From Octopus sinensis (Eukaryota), in the NCBI RefSeq assembly GCF_006345805.1, contig NC_043002.1, positions 41,788,001 to 41,852,000 of the forward strand: a stretch of 64,000 bases of DNA, read 5' to 3'. A program made the translations under genes and the position numbers. Position 1 is the first letter of the stretch. Each line of letters starts with the position of its first letter. The notes beneath the pieces are model-generated. The model ran no database searches and was not told the origin of the DNA. It saw only the letters and a program-made list of their open reading frames with translations. This document shows, piece after piece, positions 1-13,815 of this stretch.

Positions 1-917
1 TAAATTGCTGCTAGCCACCTTGATCATTTTGTGTGTGTATAGATGAGAGGCGTCTTTAAGTTTCCATCTACCAAATCCACTCAGAAGGCTTATATATATT
101 CCCATGTCCTACTAATTTTTAAGTTTCTTTATATATTGTCCCAAAACATAAAAGTGCTCAACCTACACCTGTGTGGACGTATATAGAACCTAGAGATGCA
201 TTTTCGTGTAATCAAATAGATATGTAATGCAAAACCCAGGCTTGATAGTAATGATGAACCCTTGTCCATGCAAGGTAAAATGTGCGAAACCTAGGTATGG
301 AACCATGCATAATGAATGATATATTGATTAAACTGACAGAAAGTTGTAAATTAATTGCTATTTAAATTATATATTAAAAGCTCATGTGCTTCCATGTGTA
401 AACATTACACTATGGAAAACTTTGTCTTCGTGTGTAAATATTACCAGATAACTTTCTTTCCATGTGTAAACACTGCAATATAACTTTATTTGCTTGTGTA
501 AACATTACCAGATGACAGCTTTGATTATATTTCAACATAGGTTTCTAAAAAGTAAATAATTCTGTTTGTTTACATTGGAAGCAACAACATTTGTCCAAAA
601 TTTATTGGCTACCACCAATAATTTTGTGGTTGGCGGCGGCGGTGACAGAGGTGGTGGTAGTGTTGGGGATTGTGAATGAATACCATTGGCCAAATGGAGA
701 AGGCGAATTGATATGGAAGATAAAGAAGGAGACATGTCTAGAAAAGTTTGTCTGTGTATGTGTCTTTTCTCTTGAAACTTTTAAAGAGAAAGTGTTTGGG
801 AAATGTGTCTTGAAGAAGCCGATACCGAGCTGAAGGAGATGAAAAGAAGAGAAAGAATCATATCAGACTTTGTAACAACAAACACCATGATATTCTGTGG
901 CACTCATATACATGTGC

Positions 918-920
<3 letters not shown>

Positions 921-965
<45 letters not shown>

Positions 966-1085
966 TATATATACACACACACACAGATATATATATATAC
1001 ACACACACACATATATATATGTACACACACACACACGCACACACACACACATACATACATACACAAATATACACATTGCACACAT
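921..1085. repeat. (AT)n/(CA)n compound microsatellite
   Basis: Direct reading. Many similar tracts occur (for example 10451-10492, 14970-15040, 34197-34246, 44820-45070, 50397-50530, 54111-54176, 57045-57132). Confidence 0.97.
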
Positions 1086-2029
1086 GCACGCATATTTAGA
1101 AACAGCTCTATTGGGTGTTAATAAATGAAAGCTGGCAGTTTGAATTATTCCGTAATCAATATTTTCAGTATGAAGGGGGAGACGATGGTGTTGAATCTAA
1201 CATGTGCATCATTTAAACACGACTACCATTTCTAATCTTCTGTTCTGGTCAAAATTTTCATATTTTAATTGAAACCTCTTCAAATTATATATATTTTTTT
1301 TTAATTCTAAAGTATCACTTTTTATTATTGTTGTTATTATTGTTGCTCTTGTACATGTTTTTTTTTGTTTTTGGAATTTTTTCTTTTTCTTCTTTTTTTT
1401 TTAATTATCTGAAAGTCTTTCAATGTGTGTTTGCGTGTATGTGTGTCTTGAGTCTTGTTACATGTTATTCTATTCTCTCAAGTATGATAACCATGAAGAG
1501 AAATTCAGCATTATTAATGATATCGTTGTTGGTCATTGTTATTTCTAACAAACCTCCTACTCATCATCATCATCATCTATCGTCATCATCATAATTGTTA
1601 TTGTTATTATCATCATCATCATCATCATCTTCTTTGTTATTGTTTGAATTTTTTTTTCATAGCTTCTAAATAGCAGCTGTTTGGTTTGGAGAAGTCAATT
1701 TTCATGACTTGATGAAATTATTTCTAGAACCCTATCTTTTTTTTCATTTTTCATAATAACAACAATCCTAACCTGTATTCTCCATTGAAAGTAGCAATTC
1801 CCTTGTGGTGGTGCTGGTAATGTGGGCTGGGAATCATCGAAGAAAGAAAGTATAAGGGTCGATTAAATCAACTGTACAACCCAACTCCCAAATTTATTAC
1901 ATCTTGTACCTCTTTTAAGAATTATTTCTGTCTTGCCACTATTGTTCTCTCATTGCCATACTGGCATTCTTTTCCAATGACTTTTGTGATGTGATATTCT
2001 TTTGTTCCATTCCTTCATATTTTTTTTAT

Positions 2030-2668
2030 TTTTTACTTGTTTCAGTCATTGGACTGCAGCCTTGCTGGGGCATTGTCATGAAGGGTTTTAGTCAAGAAAA
2101 CAATTGACCTCACTACTACTATTTTTCCGTTTTTGGTACTTATTCTGTCGGTCCCTTTTGCCAAACCACTGTTATTGGAATGTAAACAAACCAACACCAG
2201 TTGCTGAGTGGGTGGGTTGAGAGACAAACACAGACACAAATACACACACACACATTGACATGTATGATATACTTCCAAACAGTTTCTTATTTATTGCTTA
2301 CAAGGGGCTAAACATAGAGGGGACAAACAAGGACAGACAAAGGGATTAAGTCAATTGCATCGACCCCAGTGCGTAACTGGTACTTATTTTATCAACCTTG
2401 TAAGGATGAAAGGCAAAGTTGACCTCAGCGGAATTTGAACTCAGAACGTAACTGCAGACGTAATACCGCTAAGCATTTCACCTAGCGTGTGCTAACGTTT
2501 CTGTCAGCTCGCTGCCAAACAGTTTCTGTCTACCAAATTCACTCACAAGGCATTGGTTAGCCCCCAGAGCTTAAAAGAATACACTTGCCCAAGGTGCCAC
2601 ACAATAGGACTGAACCTGAAACCATTTGGTTGCAAAGTGAGTTTCTCAGCCACACAGAGCCCTGCCTA
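2030..2668 (-). mobile_element. SINE family A interrupted by a family B SINE
   Basis: A tail at 2030-2287 and A head at 2515-2668. Confidence 0.85.
2288..2514 (-). mobile_element. tRNA-headed SINE family B with 13-bp TSD
   Basis: B box ttctgagttcaaattcc, central cctttcatcct..gataaaataagtaccag block. TSD ccaaacagtttct at 2275-2287 and 2515-2527. Confidence 0.88.
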
Positions 2669-3515
2669 TGCTTGTAGCCATGTCTCAAATTTCTAGTAAA
2701 GATAAGTACCTATTATATGCTGGAGTTCATTTAATGACCATCTTTTCTCCTTAAATAAGCTGATGTCTCTGCTTTCATGATTCAAAATCCCAGTTTAAAG
2801 TGATCCAAATTTCTTCTCACAAAATGTTATGCTATTCTTTGAAACACTAACTTAACAATGACAAGGTTGCAACAACAACATATGTAAACAAACTTTTATT
2901 TTGCTTTTAGAAGTGTCAAACATGTGTTGTATTGTACAGACAAGAAGGTAATATTTCAAATGCAGTACAGCCATGAAAACAGCAGAAATATGGGGTATTA
3001 TTACTCTTATAAGACAGGAAAAAGTTGTCAACAGACAGTCCCGTGTCTTGTCTGTTGACCACTTTTTTCCAATAATACCCAAAATTTCTGCTGTTTTCAA
3101 GATGGTCATTAAATGAACTCCGGCATATAATAGATACTTATCTTTATCAACCCTGTAGTAAGCTGGCAGGATTTTAACTCACAAATTAGTGAGCTATAAA
3201 TCAGAATGTTTTATAATGTAATCTGTGGGGCAGGGCAATGCCCATAGCCTTTCCAGGCCTTGTGGAATGAGGAAATAGTGACATTTGTGTAAGGTTAATA
3301 TGATCACATGATATTTACATCTGTTATTTTGAATGCACATTTTAATGCCTTTTACTGGTGAGTGGGTGGAAAGGGGGAATTCGAAATTATTGTGGAAGAA
3401 CTGATGCTATACAGGATGTTGACGAAATTTGTGTTATCCTCCTCCTCATAATTTAACATCTGTTTTTCATGCTGGTATGGGTTGGATAAGGTTAATAGTG
3501 TGGTTACTGATAAGC

Positions 3516-3744
3516 TTAACCCTTTAGCATTTAAACCGGCCATATCCGGCCAAAAGTATTCTGCCTGTTTTATGTTCAAAATGGCCAGATCTGGTCTCTC
3601 ACACCAACCCTACAATATCGTTTTAAAAATTAACAGCTACCTCATCAAAATCTCATAGCTGCAAGATAATGCATGATTAGTTCAAAACATTGTGGATAGA
3701 AAGGGATTAATTTTGGCAGAATAATGCAAACACTAAAGGGTTAA
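3516..3744. mobile_element. piggyBac-type MITE
   Basis: TTAA-CCCTTTAG ... CTAAAGGG-TTAA termini. Related copies at 39203 and 61876. Confidence 0.85.
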
Positions 3745-5289
3745 ACTTACTGAGGGTTAGTTATTGGAAGGAAGAAGAGAGAGGGAGAACAAGAGATGAA
3801 TTCTTGGTGGACAATATTGGATCAAATATTGAGTACAAGCCCTAGAATTAATACTACTAGAAAACTATATGCGTATATATTTCTAGTTCAGCTAATTTAA
3901 TAAGCTGGTGACATTCTTAAATTAGTAGAGGGTCAGATGATAGAAGTGGTGAGTTTAATTGAAAGAGTACAGACCAGACCATTGTAGTAATGATAGAACA
4001 ATAGATATGTTATTATGAATGTTGGTGAATAATAGTTTATTAGACAGATAAATGTGATTTATTTGTACTTTCTTTTTTACTTATTGTGATCCTGGATGTT
4101 GACACGAAAGGAACACAACCCCTTGTGAATGTAGGGTAGTATTACAGGATACCTAAAACTCACTCATTTTTGTGTTAGGTCAACTGTTGTTAAATGTTTC
4201 AATAATTTTCTGGCTTTGAGAAGAAAACACACAAACTGGAGTGATTGTAATGTAGCCTTTGCTATGTGGTATAATAGGGAGTTGACATGATAGGTCTAGT
4301 GTTGTAGTTTCTCAGGTATCACCTTCCTATCTATAATACTTGTCAAAATTGATTTTTAGCACTGACGCAAGGCCAGCTATATTTGAGAGGAAGGGTATGG
4401 TTGTTTAAATTTACCTCAGTAGTTAACTGTGGTATTTTATTTTACCAACCCCAGAAGGATAAAAGCCAAAAGCTGACCTTTGCAGAATTTAAATTTGGAA
4501 TGTGAACGGGCAGCAACTAACCCCTCCACAAAGTATTTTCCAATGATCCCCCCACACACACACACACGCCTACCCCACTAACATGTGCCAATATTGGTAG
4601 TTAACTTTTAACTACTTCACTCATCAAAACAAAAATATAGCTATTTAATTGGATATTATACCAATATTAAAACATTTCTAATAATTGGAAAAGTGTTTTT
4701 TTTTTTGGTTTTTCTTTTTCTTCTTGTTTATTAATTGAAGAAATGTGAAATATAATTCATAAAATTAGCTGGAACTAGAATATAAAGTTTTTCAATACTC
4801 TTACCTCTAACATTATATTTCCGTCAACATATGGCAATATGTTGGTGTCATTTAAAAATTTGACAAAAACCAAAAAAAATTTTTAAAAAGCTCTAAATTA
4901 TAATAATTTCATGTAATTAATTATTTTACTTTCTTCAGCAAAAGGCCAACATTTGTGGTGATAAGGAATAATATATTATTCAGACGACACCCTCATTTTA
5001 TTGATGTTGAAGCAGAATATAAGAGAATGTGACATAATATCATTTCGATTACAAGCAAATAAAACTTCAGTTCAAGTCCACTGCACATATTTTTTGCCCC
5101 CCACCTCCTCCTCCTCATCATCATCATCATCATCACCACCATCATCATTGCCGTCATTAAAGTTAATATTTTACCATTTGTTGAACCACTAAGTTATGGG
5201 GATGTAGACACTGATTGTCGTGCAGTGGTGGGGGACAAATACAGACGCAAAGACACACACACACACATACATATATACATTTATATATC

Positions 5290-5826
5290 ATCATCATCAT
5301 TTAACATCTGTTGTCCATGCTAGTATGGGTTGGATGATTTTACCAGAGTTGGCAAGCTGGATTCTCTTCCTAATGCCAACCACTTTACAGAGTGTACTGG
5401 GTGTTTTCACATGGCACTGCATGAGTACTTTTACATAGCACCACATGAATGCTTTTATGTGGCACCTCACAGGCACTTTTATGTAGCATTGCATGGGCAC
5501 TTTTATATTGCACCAACATGAGAGCTTTTTATGTGGCACCGGCACAGGACTCTTGTAAGTCAATCCTCTCTATTCAGAAGAGCAGACTTAACACTTCTGC
5601 TGTAGAGCAGAGATCTTCTTGAGTACCAGGGATCCCGGTCCTTTGTCATCTCGCTTGAAAGATTCAGCATCCTGAGGTCATTCTTCAGTACTTCGCCCTG
5701 TGTCTTCCTGGGTATCCCACTTCCACTTGTTCCATCTACTTTGAGAGATCAGCACTTCTTCATGGAGCTGTTGGCATCCATCCACATCACCTGAGCAAAC
5801 CAGCACAGTCTTCTCTCTTGTACACA
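5290..5826 (-). mobile_element. RTE LINE 3' end: ORF C-terminus, 3'UTR with ~21-nt tandem units, (GAT)n tail
   Basis: VQERRLCWFAQVMWMD..PRKTQGEVLKNDLRMLNLSSEMTKDRD, followed by the ggcattaggaag..ccaacccat..gttaaat(gat)n tail. Confidence 0.82.
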
Positions 5827-7788
5827 TCTTCCCTTTTTTTAAGAGTAGTGGAGTGTGTTATGAAGAAGATATTGTTTAGTACGTGAGTGATGCTGTAGCC
5901 ACTATTTTGTTGGCTCAAGAAACATCATTCACTTAGTCCCAAATTATCCCTGACCCAACAGACCTTTGATCAACAGTACTGCAGCCACGAACACTCTATT
6001 TTTATTTCTATTTTTATTTTTGTTCAGGTAAAGTACATCGTCTAACAGCATTAGTCAACTGTGGATGAGAGGAAATAAATATTAATAAATTTTAAAGTTT
6101 ATTGAGTTCAGAGTCAGCACTGAAATTTATGATGTTTCATATAGAAATATATCTATGTAAACAATATGATCAAAAATAGTAGAAATAGACAATATCTTCA
6201 ATTACTACTTAGACATATTTATATTTCATAGTCATATTTGTTTACATAGAATATGTTTATATGAATATAGAATTATTCATATGCAAAACATTGTATCTTT
6301 TAGTGCTGGTTCTGAACTCTATAGAAAAGCTGTAGATAGAAACTTAAAAATGGGAACATTGCACTGCTAACACAAAGAGGCACAATATTGACCTATAGAC
6401 CTTTAATACACTTGGTACCATATTATGGTTGTTAAATAAAATACGGTGTCCTTGCTAGCAATTAATGATTGAAAATATGTCAGTTAATCAGGCTGTTGAG
6501 TACATATTAATCAACTAAACATTGAAAGTTAGCCATGATCAATCAACAAACTATCCAGGCTGGAGAATTGATACTCATCCATTTAATGTCACAAAGCCAG
6601 AGCAGAACACTAGCTCTTAAAGAGAGAGAGAGAAAAGTTATTGGAGCTCAGGAGACTTCACAAGAATAGTCAAGTTAGTATCGGCAAGTTTCAGTGTACT
6701 GAGAATTACAGACCTAATTAGTAATAATTAAGTAGTAATCTTCTCTATCCTTAATCTCTCTTTTACATTCATCTTGTACCTTGAGTGTACACCCTCACCA
6801 TCTCTTTTTCTTTTTCACTTTCCAGTTGGAGGGACCATGTATTCTCCTTTTCAGCAAGACATCTTTTCCTGTCCCTCTATTGTACTTTCACTCCTTTAAT
6901 AGAATATCATACTCAGCTGAGTGGGCCTTGCTTTGTGAGTAACTTAGTGACCTCATTCACGACTATGTCTTGAAAAAAAGCACCCAGTACACTGGGGAAA
7001 GTTGGTTGGCATTGGTAAGGACATCCAGCTGTAGAAACCATACCAAAGCAGATAGTGAAACTCAGTACAGTCCTCTGGCTTGTCATCTCGTGTCACAATT
7101 CTCCAACCCATGTCAAATGACAGTGATGATGATGATGATGAATAAATAACATTTGAACAATGGCTAATTGTTTTAACCATTTTAGCAGATATGAGAGATA
7201 CCTCTAGGCATATTTTGTTTTATTAGACTTCTTCAATGATGCATAAATTTTATTGTACTTGCCAAAATAGCGAGGAAAGAATTTCTAGATAGATTATGCA
7301 ATATTGTATACTGTGAATAGGTATGAAAAATTAGTATGGCTACATAAGTTGACTTATAATCTCATGGTTTTTGATCTTATCCCATTGTGTAGCAACCTTG
7401 GGCAAGTGTCTTTTACTAAAGCCTTGGGATGACCAACACCTTTGAGTGGAATTGATAGATAGAAACTGTATGGAAGCCTTTTGTGTGTATGTGTGTGTTT
7501 CTTTGTCTTGACATGGTATGATCTTTATGAATGAATGTTACCTTCATACCAGTTGCGTTATTCATTTTCAGTGTTCTGTGAAAGCATAAACAAATCATAG
7601 GAAAACATGCACACACACATGATGAGCTTCTTTCAGTTTCCATTTACCAGATCTACTCACAGGGCTTTGGTCAGCCCTAGGCTATAGTGGAAGACTCCAA
7701 AGATGCCATGCAGTGAGACTAACCTGAAGCCATGTGGTTGTGAAGCAAATTTCTTAACTCCACAGACATGCTTATGTCTCCCTCTCCT

Positions 7789-7828
<40 letters not shown>

Positions 7829-8706
7829 CATACAGATATGCATATTACTTTTTACTTATTCAATCATTTGACTGCATCCATGAAAAATCTTTAGTCAAAT
7901 GAATTGACCCCAGGACTTTTTTTTTAAGCCTGGTACTTATTCTATCATTCTCATAACTTAGATCATGCTTCTCTTTCAGATTTATGATTAGCTGATGATA
8001 TATATTGTTGTGTCTGAGGAGAGTCATTCTGTTTTAATGCCTTATTAATTAACACATGCACTGGTTCAATTTCCACTCATTTACTTATTTATTTAATTTT
8101 TGATTATTCTAAAATTTTAATTGCTTTGTGCAATCTATTCAATAGTATACACACACACACACATGACAGGCTTCTTTCAGATTCCTTCTACCAAATCCAC
8201 TCACTCACTCCAAGGCTATAGCAGAAGACACTTGCCCAAGTAGGATCGTCCATAGTGGGATTGAACCCAAAGCCATGTGGTTGGGAAGTCAAGCTTCTTA
8301 ACACACAGCAAAGCCTATGTATGTATATATTCCATTCAGGAGGATAAGAAATACTAAATTGATATTTAATCAAAGCAGAAAAATCTTAAAACCAAAAACA
8401 TATGTTGATCTTTAGTGTGTAGTTGTATTTTGTTGCAGAACAGCTTAATCCCGAAACAGATATACAGTTGTAGTGAATAGCTCATTTAACAAAACATTTA
8501 GTAAACAGCTTGTTTAACAAACACTTATGCAGATAAGGTGAAATTTGAGAGTTTACACCTTCACTAAAGTATGTATACCAATTATATCTCCATAGGCACA
8601 GGCATGGCTGTGTGGTAAGTAGCTTGCTTACCAACCACATGTTGAACTCAATGCAGTCACATGAGCTGACAGAACAAGCAGCTAAATTTCCCTCTGATCA
8701 CACTCT

Positions 8707-8738
<32 letters not shown>

Positions 8739-10445
8739 TTTGCATCCATTTTCCCATGGGTCAGACAGAATTTGTTGAGGTAGATGACCTTCCTATTGCC
8801 AATCCTCACCTGTTTCCAAGCAGGGTAATATTCCTTCACGGCCAGACATGGTTTTCATGGAAGACTGGAGATGATCAGTATCGCTTGCATGTTGCTTTGT
8901 ATACTTGTTTACAACCATCACATGATGTCAAGATAAGGACACACACACAAACATGCAAAGAATCTTGTTACTTGTGTGTATATACACACATGCACATGCA
9001 TGTATATGACAGGCTTCTTTCAGTTTCTATCTGCTCAATCCACTCACAAGGCTTTGGTTGCCCAAGACACCTGCCCAGGGTACCACACAGTCAGATTAAA
9101 TTCAAGACCATATGGTTGAGAACTAAACTTCTTGACCACATTGCCACACTTGGACCTTACTATCTTAAAAAAAAAATCATGTTAGATAAAATAGTTTTCA
9201 ATATACTTTGAATAAAAAATGGTGTGATGGTCATGGCTAGAATGTCATTGATCATAAATCTGTGTATTGGAGTTAACCTGAGGTTAAATAACAACAATTT
9301 GTTGGAAGTATGTTTGACAGTCCTGTTGTGAAACTATTTGTCCACTTATCTTTACTTCTACAATGTTAACATACAACAGAACTTTTGTTAAGCAAAACCA
9401 TTATGTTTTTGTCAAGATGGAATACCATACTACACTCTAAACTTCTATAAATATACTTGTAAATGTCTAAACTGGAAATATCACCAGTTTATACTTCTTC
9501 ATGGATGCTTGATATGATATTTTATACACAGGTGTACATTTATATCTACCACAGACATACAAACACAAATACACGTACATTGAAGTATGCAGACAAATTT
9601 TGTATGTTATATTAACAATTGTGCTATTCATTCTATAAAAAAAAGAAAAAGAAAAAGAAAAGCCATCAATATTTATTATTGAATAAGTTTTGACTTGTAT
9701 GTCTCAGCTGAAGCCAATCTGTTATATATATCATTGAATTATCAAAGATTTCCAATACTTGCAGACTAACAGCACTTCCTGAATCTTGAAAACACAAGAT
9801 AGGAAGTATTGTATTAGTCATTTAGTTTTTGTTAGAATCGACGAATAACCAAAACAAAGGTATGAAGATCAATTTGTAAAATAAACTGAATAAGTAAATA
9901 GCTTCTATGAACCTTTTGCTACAGATTTAGATTGCTGTGAGCTTTTCAGAATCATGCATCTAGATTTTATATTGAGCCAACATTTAGGCGTAGACAGCAA
10001 CAAAAGGCTTTATAACAATAGAGTAATTGTAATTCCCTTAGCCTAGAAATATTAGCAGATCATTCTAGAGCAGACAAAAGACTGCAAGACATTGAGAGGA
10101 AATAATACTTATTTCTGAAAGCGAAATGCAATGAAACAGTATTTGATGCAATTTTTCAGTTTTTCTGAATTTGTTTTCACTAACAATCTACATTACTGTC
10201 TACCACTCTTATGCTCCAACTCGGTGTCTTTTACTATATTCTTGCACTAAAACTGTCTTAGGCAATGATTTCTTGTCAGAAATATGTCTGTAAAAGTCCT
10301 ATAATAAACTAATGTTACAATCAATACACTATATTACTCCAACAGAATGTTATTAATGGCGATGCTATTTTGTAGATTGCTGATTTACATATGGATAAGA
10401 CTTTTCTAAGTTATTAGTGGATAATTAATAGCTGAATAATTTTTT

Positions 10446-10499
<54 letters not shown>

Positions 10500-12129
10500 A
10501 AAATTGTATTGGTTCCTTATAGACATAATTATGTTTTCAACTTATGAAAAATAGCCACCCTGTTTTTATGTATACAGGTAGTGTAATAAGCAAATGAATA
10601 GTTATTTTGTAAATGTGTGTTTGTGGGAGTGAGAGAGAGGAGGGGCTATATTTATGCATAAAATTTGATAGAAATTGATTCAATAAATAAAAATCTTATT
10701 GGAAAAATATTATTTGCCATGAAAAAGAAAAGAGAAGAAACCATTTGTTTTGTCCAAAATAGCAAATATATAATAATATAATTGTAAAAAGACATGAGTT
10801 TATTTGAAAGTTCTTGAAACATTAAAAAAAATGTCCATGATTAGATAAAAAGATAACTGATAAAATTATACTTTACTGACAATTTGGTAAGATAACATAG
10901 ACTATATATTTAAAATATACTTTCACTCTATTATAAAAATTTGTGCTGTGCAATAATCTCTTCTTTATTATAGATGTTGGGTAAAGACACTAACCTTGAT
11001 ATTTCAGACATAAAGCTTATGAGTTCAATCAGAATTTAACACTTCGTAAAAAAAAATAAAAAGGAAAAAAAGAAGTCTCAATCTATTGGGAAATCATTTG
11101 AAATTAATTAATTTTTTTTTATATGAATGAAAGTTTTGTACAGAGTAATTGAAAATGATTGCTGTAGATGTACATAAAACATAAATACAAAAATAGTGTA
11201 TTGGAAATTTAATAAATAAAATGATTGTAGTGAGTCTGGTGGCTGAGAAGTTAAAGTGTTAGATTACTGAATGAATTGGTTGTGTTTAAACTATATTACA
11301 GCTATTGTGCTGAGGCATATAGCCCTTACAAACCTCGGTCTACTGGACTGATGAATTAGCTTCATTGTCATTTTCCAGTCCAGGTATCCAACTGTATGTA
11401 ACATCCATTGTATCAAGCAGTAAAGAAATGTTTAGCTTTACAAAAGCCATCCCACTTATGGAAAAATGGATGTAATATTGTCCTCAATGTATGTGAATAC
11501 TCCCCACTCCTTCATGTTAACATAATTGGATGGTCTTGCTATACAGTACATCACCAATTATCTATGCTATTGTAGTTATATCTATATTTTGCAGCATATT
11601 TTAGCTGTTGTCATTAATATTCAGCTGCCTTCCTTGCTCTCATGTTCTCATGCCATTTAATAATAGATTGGTAGAACTGGGAAAAAAAAAAAACTCTGTT
11701 GGTGCAACTGCACCAGGCAGGCCAGTCCTGTGCTTGCATTTCTCAGGTGTTGGGGTTGATTTGAAAGCACTTCAGTGAGGTTTTGTGTGTATCTTACTGC
11801 CTATGTCACAATACAGTTCTTACATATGCTTCATACAGTCTTTTGAAATAAGAGACACACCTTTTATAATTAACAGAGGTAACTACTCCCTGAACATGAC
11901 CCCTTGCTGCCCTTTTTATTATCACAACTATGTTTTCACTATAACCTTATCGAGCAGATCTACATCGCCAAGGAAATGAGAATTTTGAACTTTGTTATTG
12001 ACTACCACATTTAGCTTTGTCATAGTTATCTTTAAGCATTTTTACTCTAGGCTATGGTTCCAAACCTGGAACTTTTTTTTTTTTACAACTCTTTTATAGA
12101 TTTTGTTATGATTCATCAACACAGTTTCC

Positions 12130-12169
<40 letters not shown>

Positions 12170-13050
12170 CAAGCAACTTATTGCCAATACTTTTCCCTGA
12201 TCAACAAATGCAAAACAAGCATGGGTTTCCACTTACAGTTGCTTTACTAGTAATCTAGTCTCAGTGGGTTTTTTTTTTACTTTAGGAGAATTCTGTTGTA
12301 CCTTCTGGGTATAAGGGTATATCCCAATTCATCTCCATTACCATTTGTTTCTCTTTCTCTCACTCTGTCTCTCTATCTTTTTCTCTGACTCTATCCCTCT
12401 TTCTTCTTTCTTTACCTACTGAAGCAGCCAAGTATCTCCCCTATAGTAAAATGTCTATCACTATCCCTCCATTATACTTTAATCTCTCAACCAGCACAAA
12501 ACCACTACCCTCAGTACCACTCCCTCCCGCAGCCAAGGGGTCCTCTTGTCTCGCAAGTCACTTAGTGATCACACTAGTGCCACATAAGAAAGCTCTCAGT
12601 ACTCTCTGTAAAGTGGTAGGCGTTAGAAAAAAAGCATCCAGTCAGAAATCATGCCAAAACAGACAATAGAGCTTGGAACGGTTCTTTGGCTTACCAATTC
12701 CTGTCAAAACCATCCAATCCAAACTTCCGCTCTGTCTCAGTGACATTTGAACTCAGAACAAAGTTGGAAGAAATGCCACTAAGCATTTTGTCTGGCTTTG
12801 GTAATGATTCTTCTAGCTCGCTGCCTTAACATCACTTAACCACTTTCAATACTTTGGAAAATATCTCTAAATTAACTTTTTCCCCTTCCCTCCCCTTCTC
12901 TCTTTCTCTCTCTCACTCTCTGGAAAAATATCTTCTTCTTCTTCTAAATCTTCCTTAGCGGCCCTCATAACCCCCTATTCACCTGTCAACCCCCCACTCC
13001 ATATCCCTGGAATTTCCTGAAGGGTGGGGGAGAAACAAAATTAACCTTTC

Positions 13051-13088
<38 letters not shown>

Positions 13089-13541
13089 ACTAGTCATAAA
13101 TTTTCAGAAACATGTACTATTTTATCCAGTGCAATGACCATTATCAATCGATCAATCAATCAGTAAATAAATAAATAATTCAGGTTCTGTATAAGTGACC
13201 ACTGGACAAGACAGTTTCTTTTTTTTTTTTTGAGATCTTCATAGTGGTCCTGCTTATGTTGTTCTCCTTGAGTACAGTGATTGCAACCATATGAATGCAC
13301 TGCAGTACAGGAAACAAAGCTGATAGGGATCTGTTGATATGTTATGATTGCTAATGGGACCCTTAACTAGTGAGTTAAACTTGACATCTACAGATAGTGG
13401 CACAGCCACGATAAATCAGCTTGAATGATGGTGGGGGGAGGATAAACACTTGAGGGGTAAAACAAATGACAAAAAAAGTGGGGGTGGGATTAGATTTAGC
13501 AAGTTATCATAAATCACCTGATCAAGACTACTTGATGACAT

Positions 13542-13815
13542 TTCTTCTTCTTCTCCTTCTTCTTCTTCTTCTTCTCCCTCTTCTTCTTCTTCTCCCTCTT
13601 CTTCTTCTCCTCCCTTTTCTTCCTCTTCTTCTCCCTTTTCTTCTTCTTCTTTTTCTTCTTCTTCTTCTTCTTCTCCTCTTCTCCTTCCTCTTCCCTCTTC
13701 TTCTCCTTCTTCTTCTTCTTCTTCTTCTTCTCCCTCTTCTCCTTCCTCTTCCCTCTTCTTCTCCCTCTTCTTCTTCTTCACCTTCTTCTTCATCACCTTC
13801 TTCTTCCTCCTCCTC
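13542..13815. repeat. (CTT/CTC)n homopurine-homopyrimidine tract
   Basis: Direct reading; source of the poly-E/R/L ORFs. Confidence 0.95.

Noticed and set aside
532-833. ORFs 532-735 (-) and 591-833 (+); the latter has a signal-peptide-like hydrophobic run
   Set aside because: The plus frame has no ATG after the stop at 546 and no good phase-1 donor. The minus ORF is low-complexity with no recognisable domain.
5420-5545. Regularly spaced short repeats, superficially CRISPR-like
   Set aside because: Degenerate ~21-nt tandem units without unique spacers, inside an RTE 3'UTR of a eukaryotic genome.
8437-8490. Acceptor-like ttgttgcag followed by short open frames ending in stops (possible terminal exon)
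   Set aside because: No recognisable peptide or supporting upstream exon.
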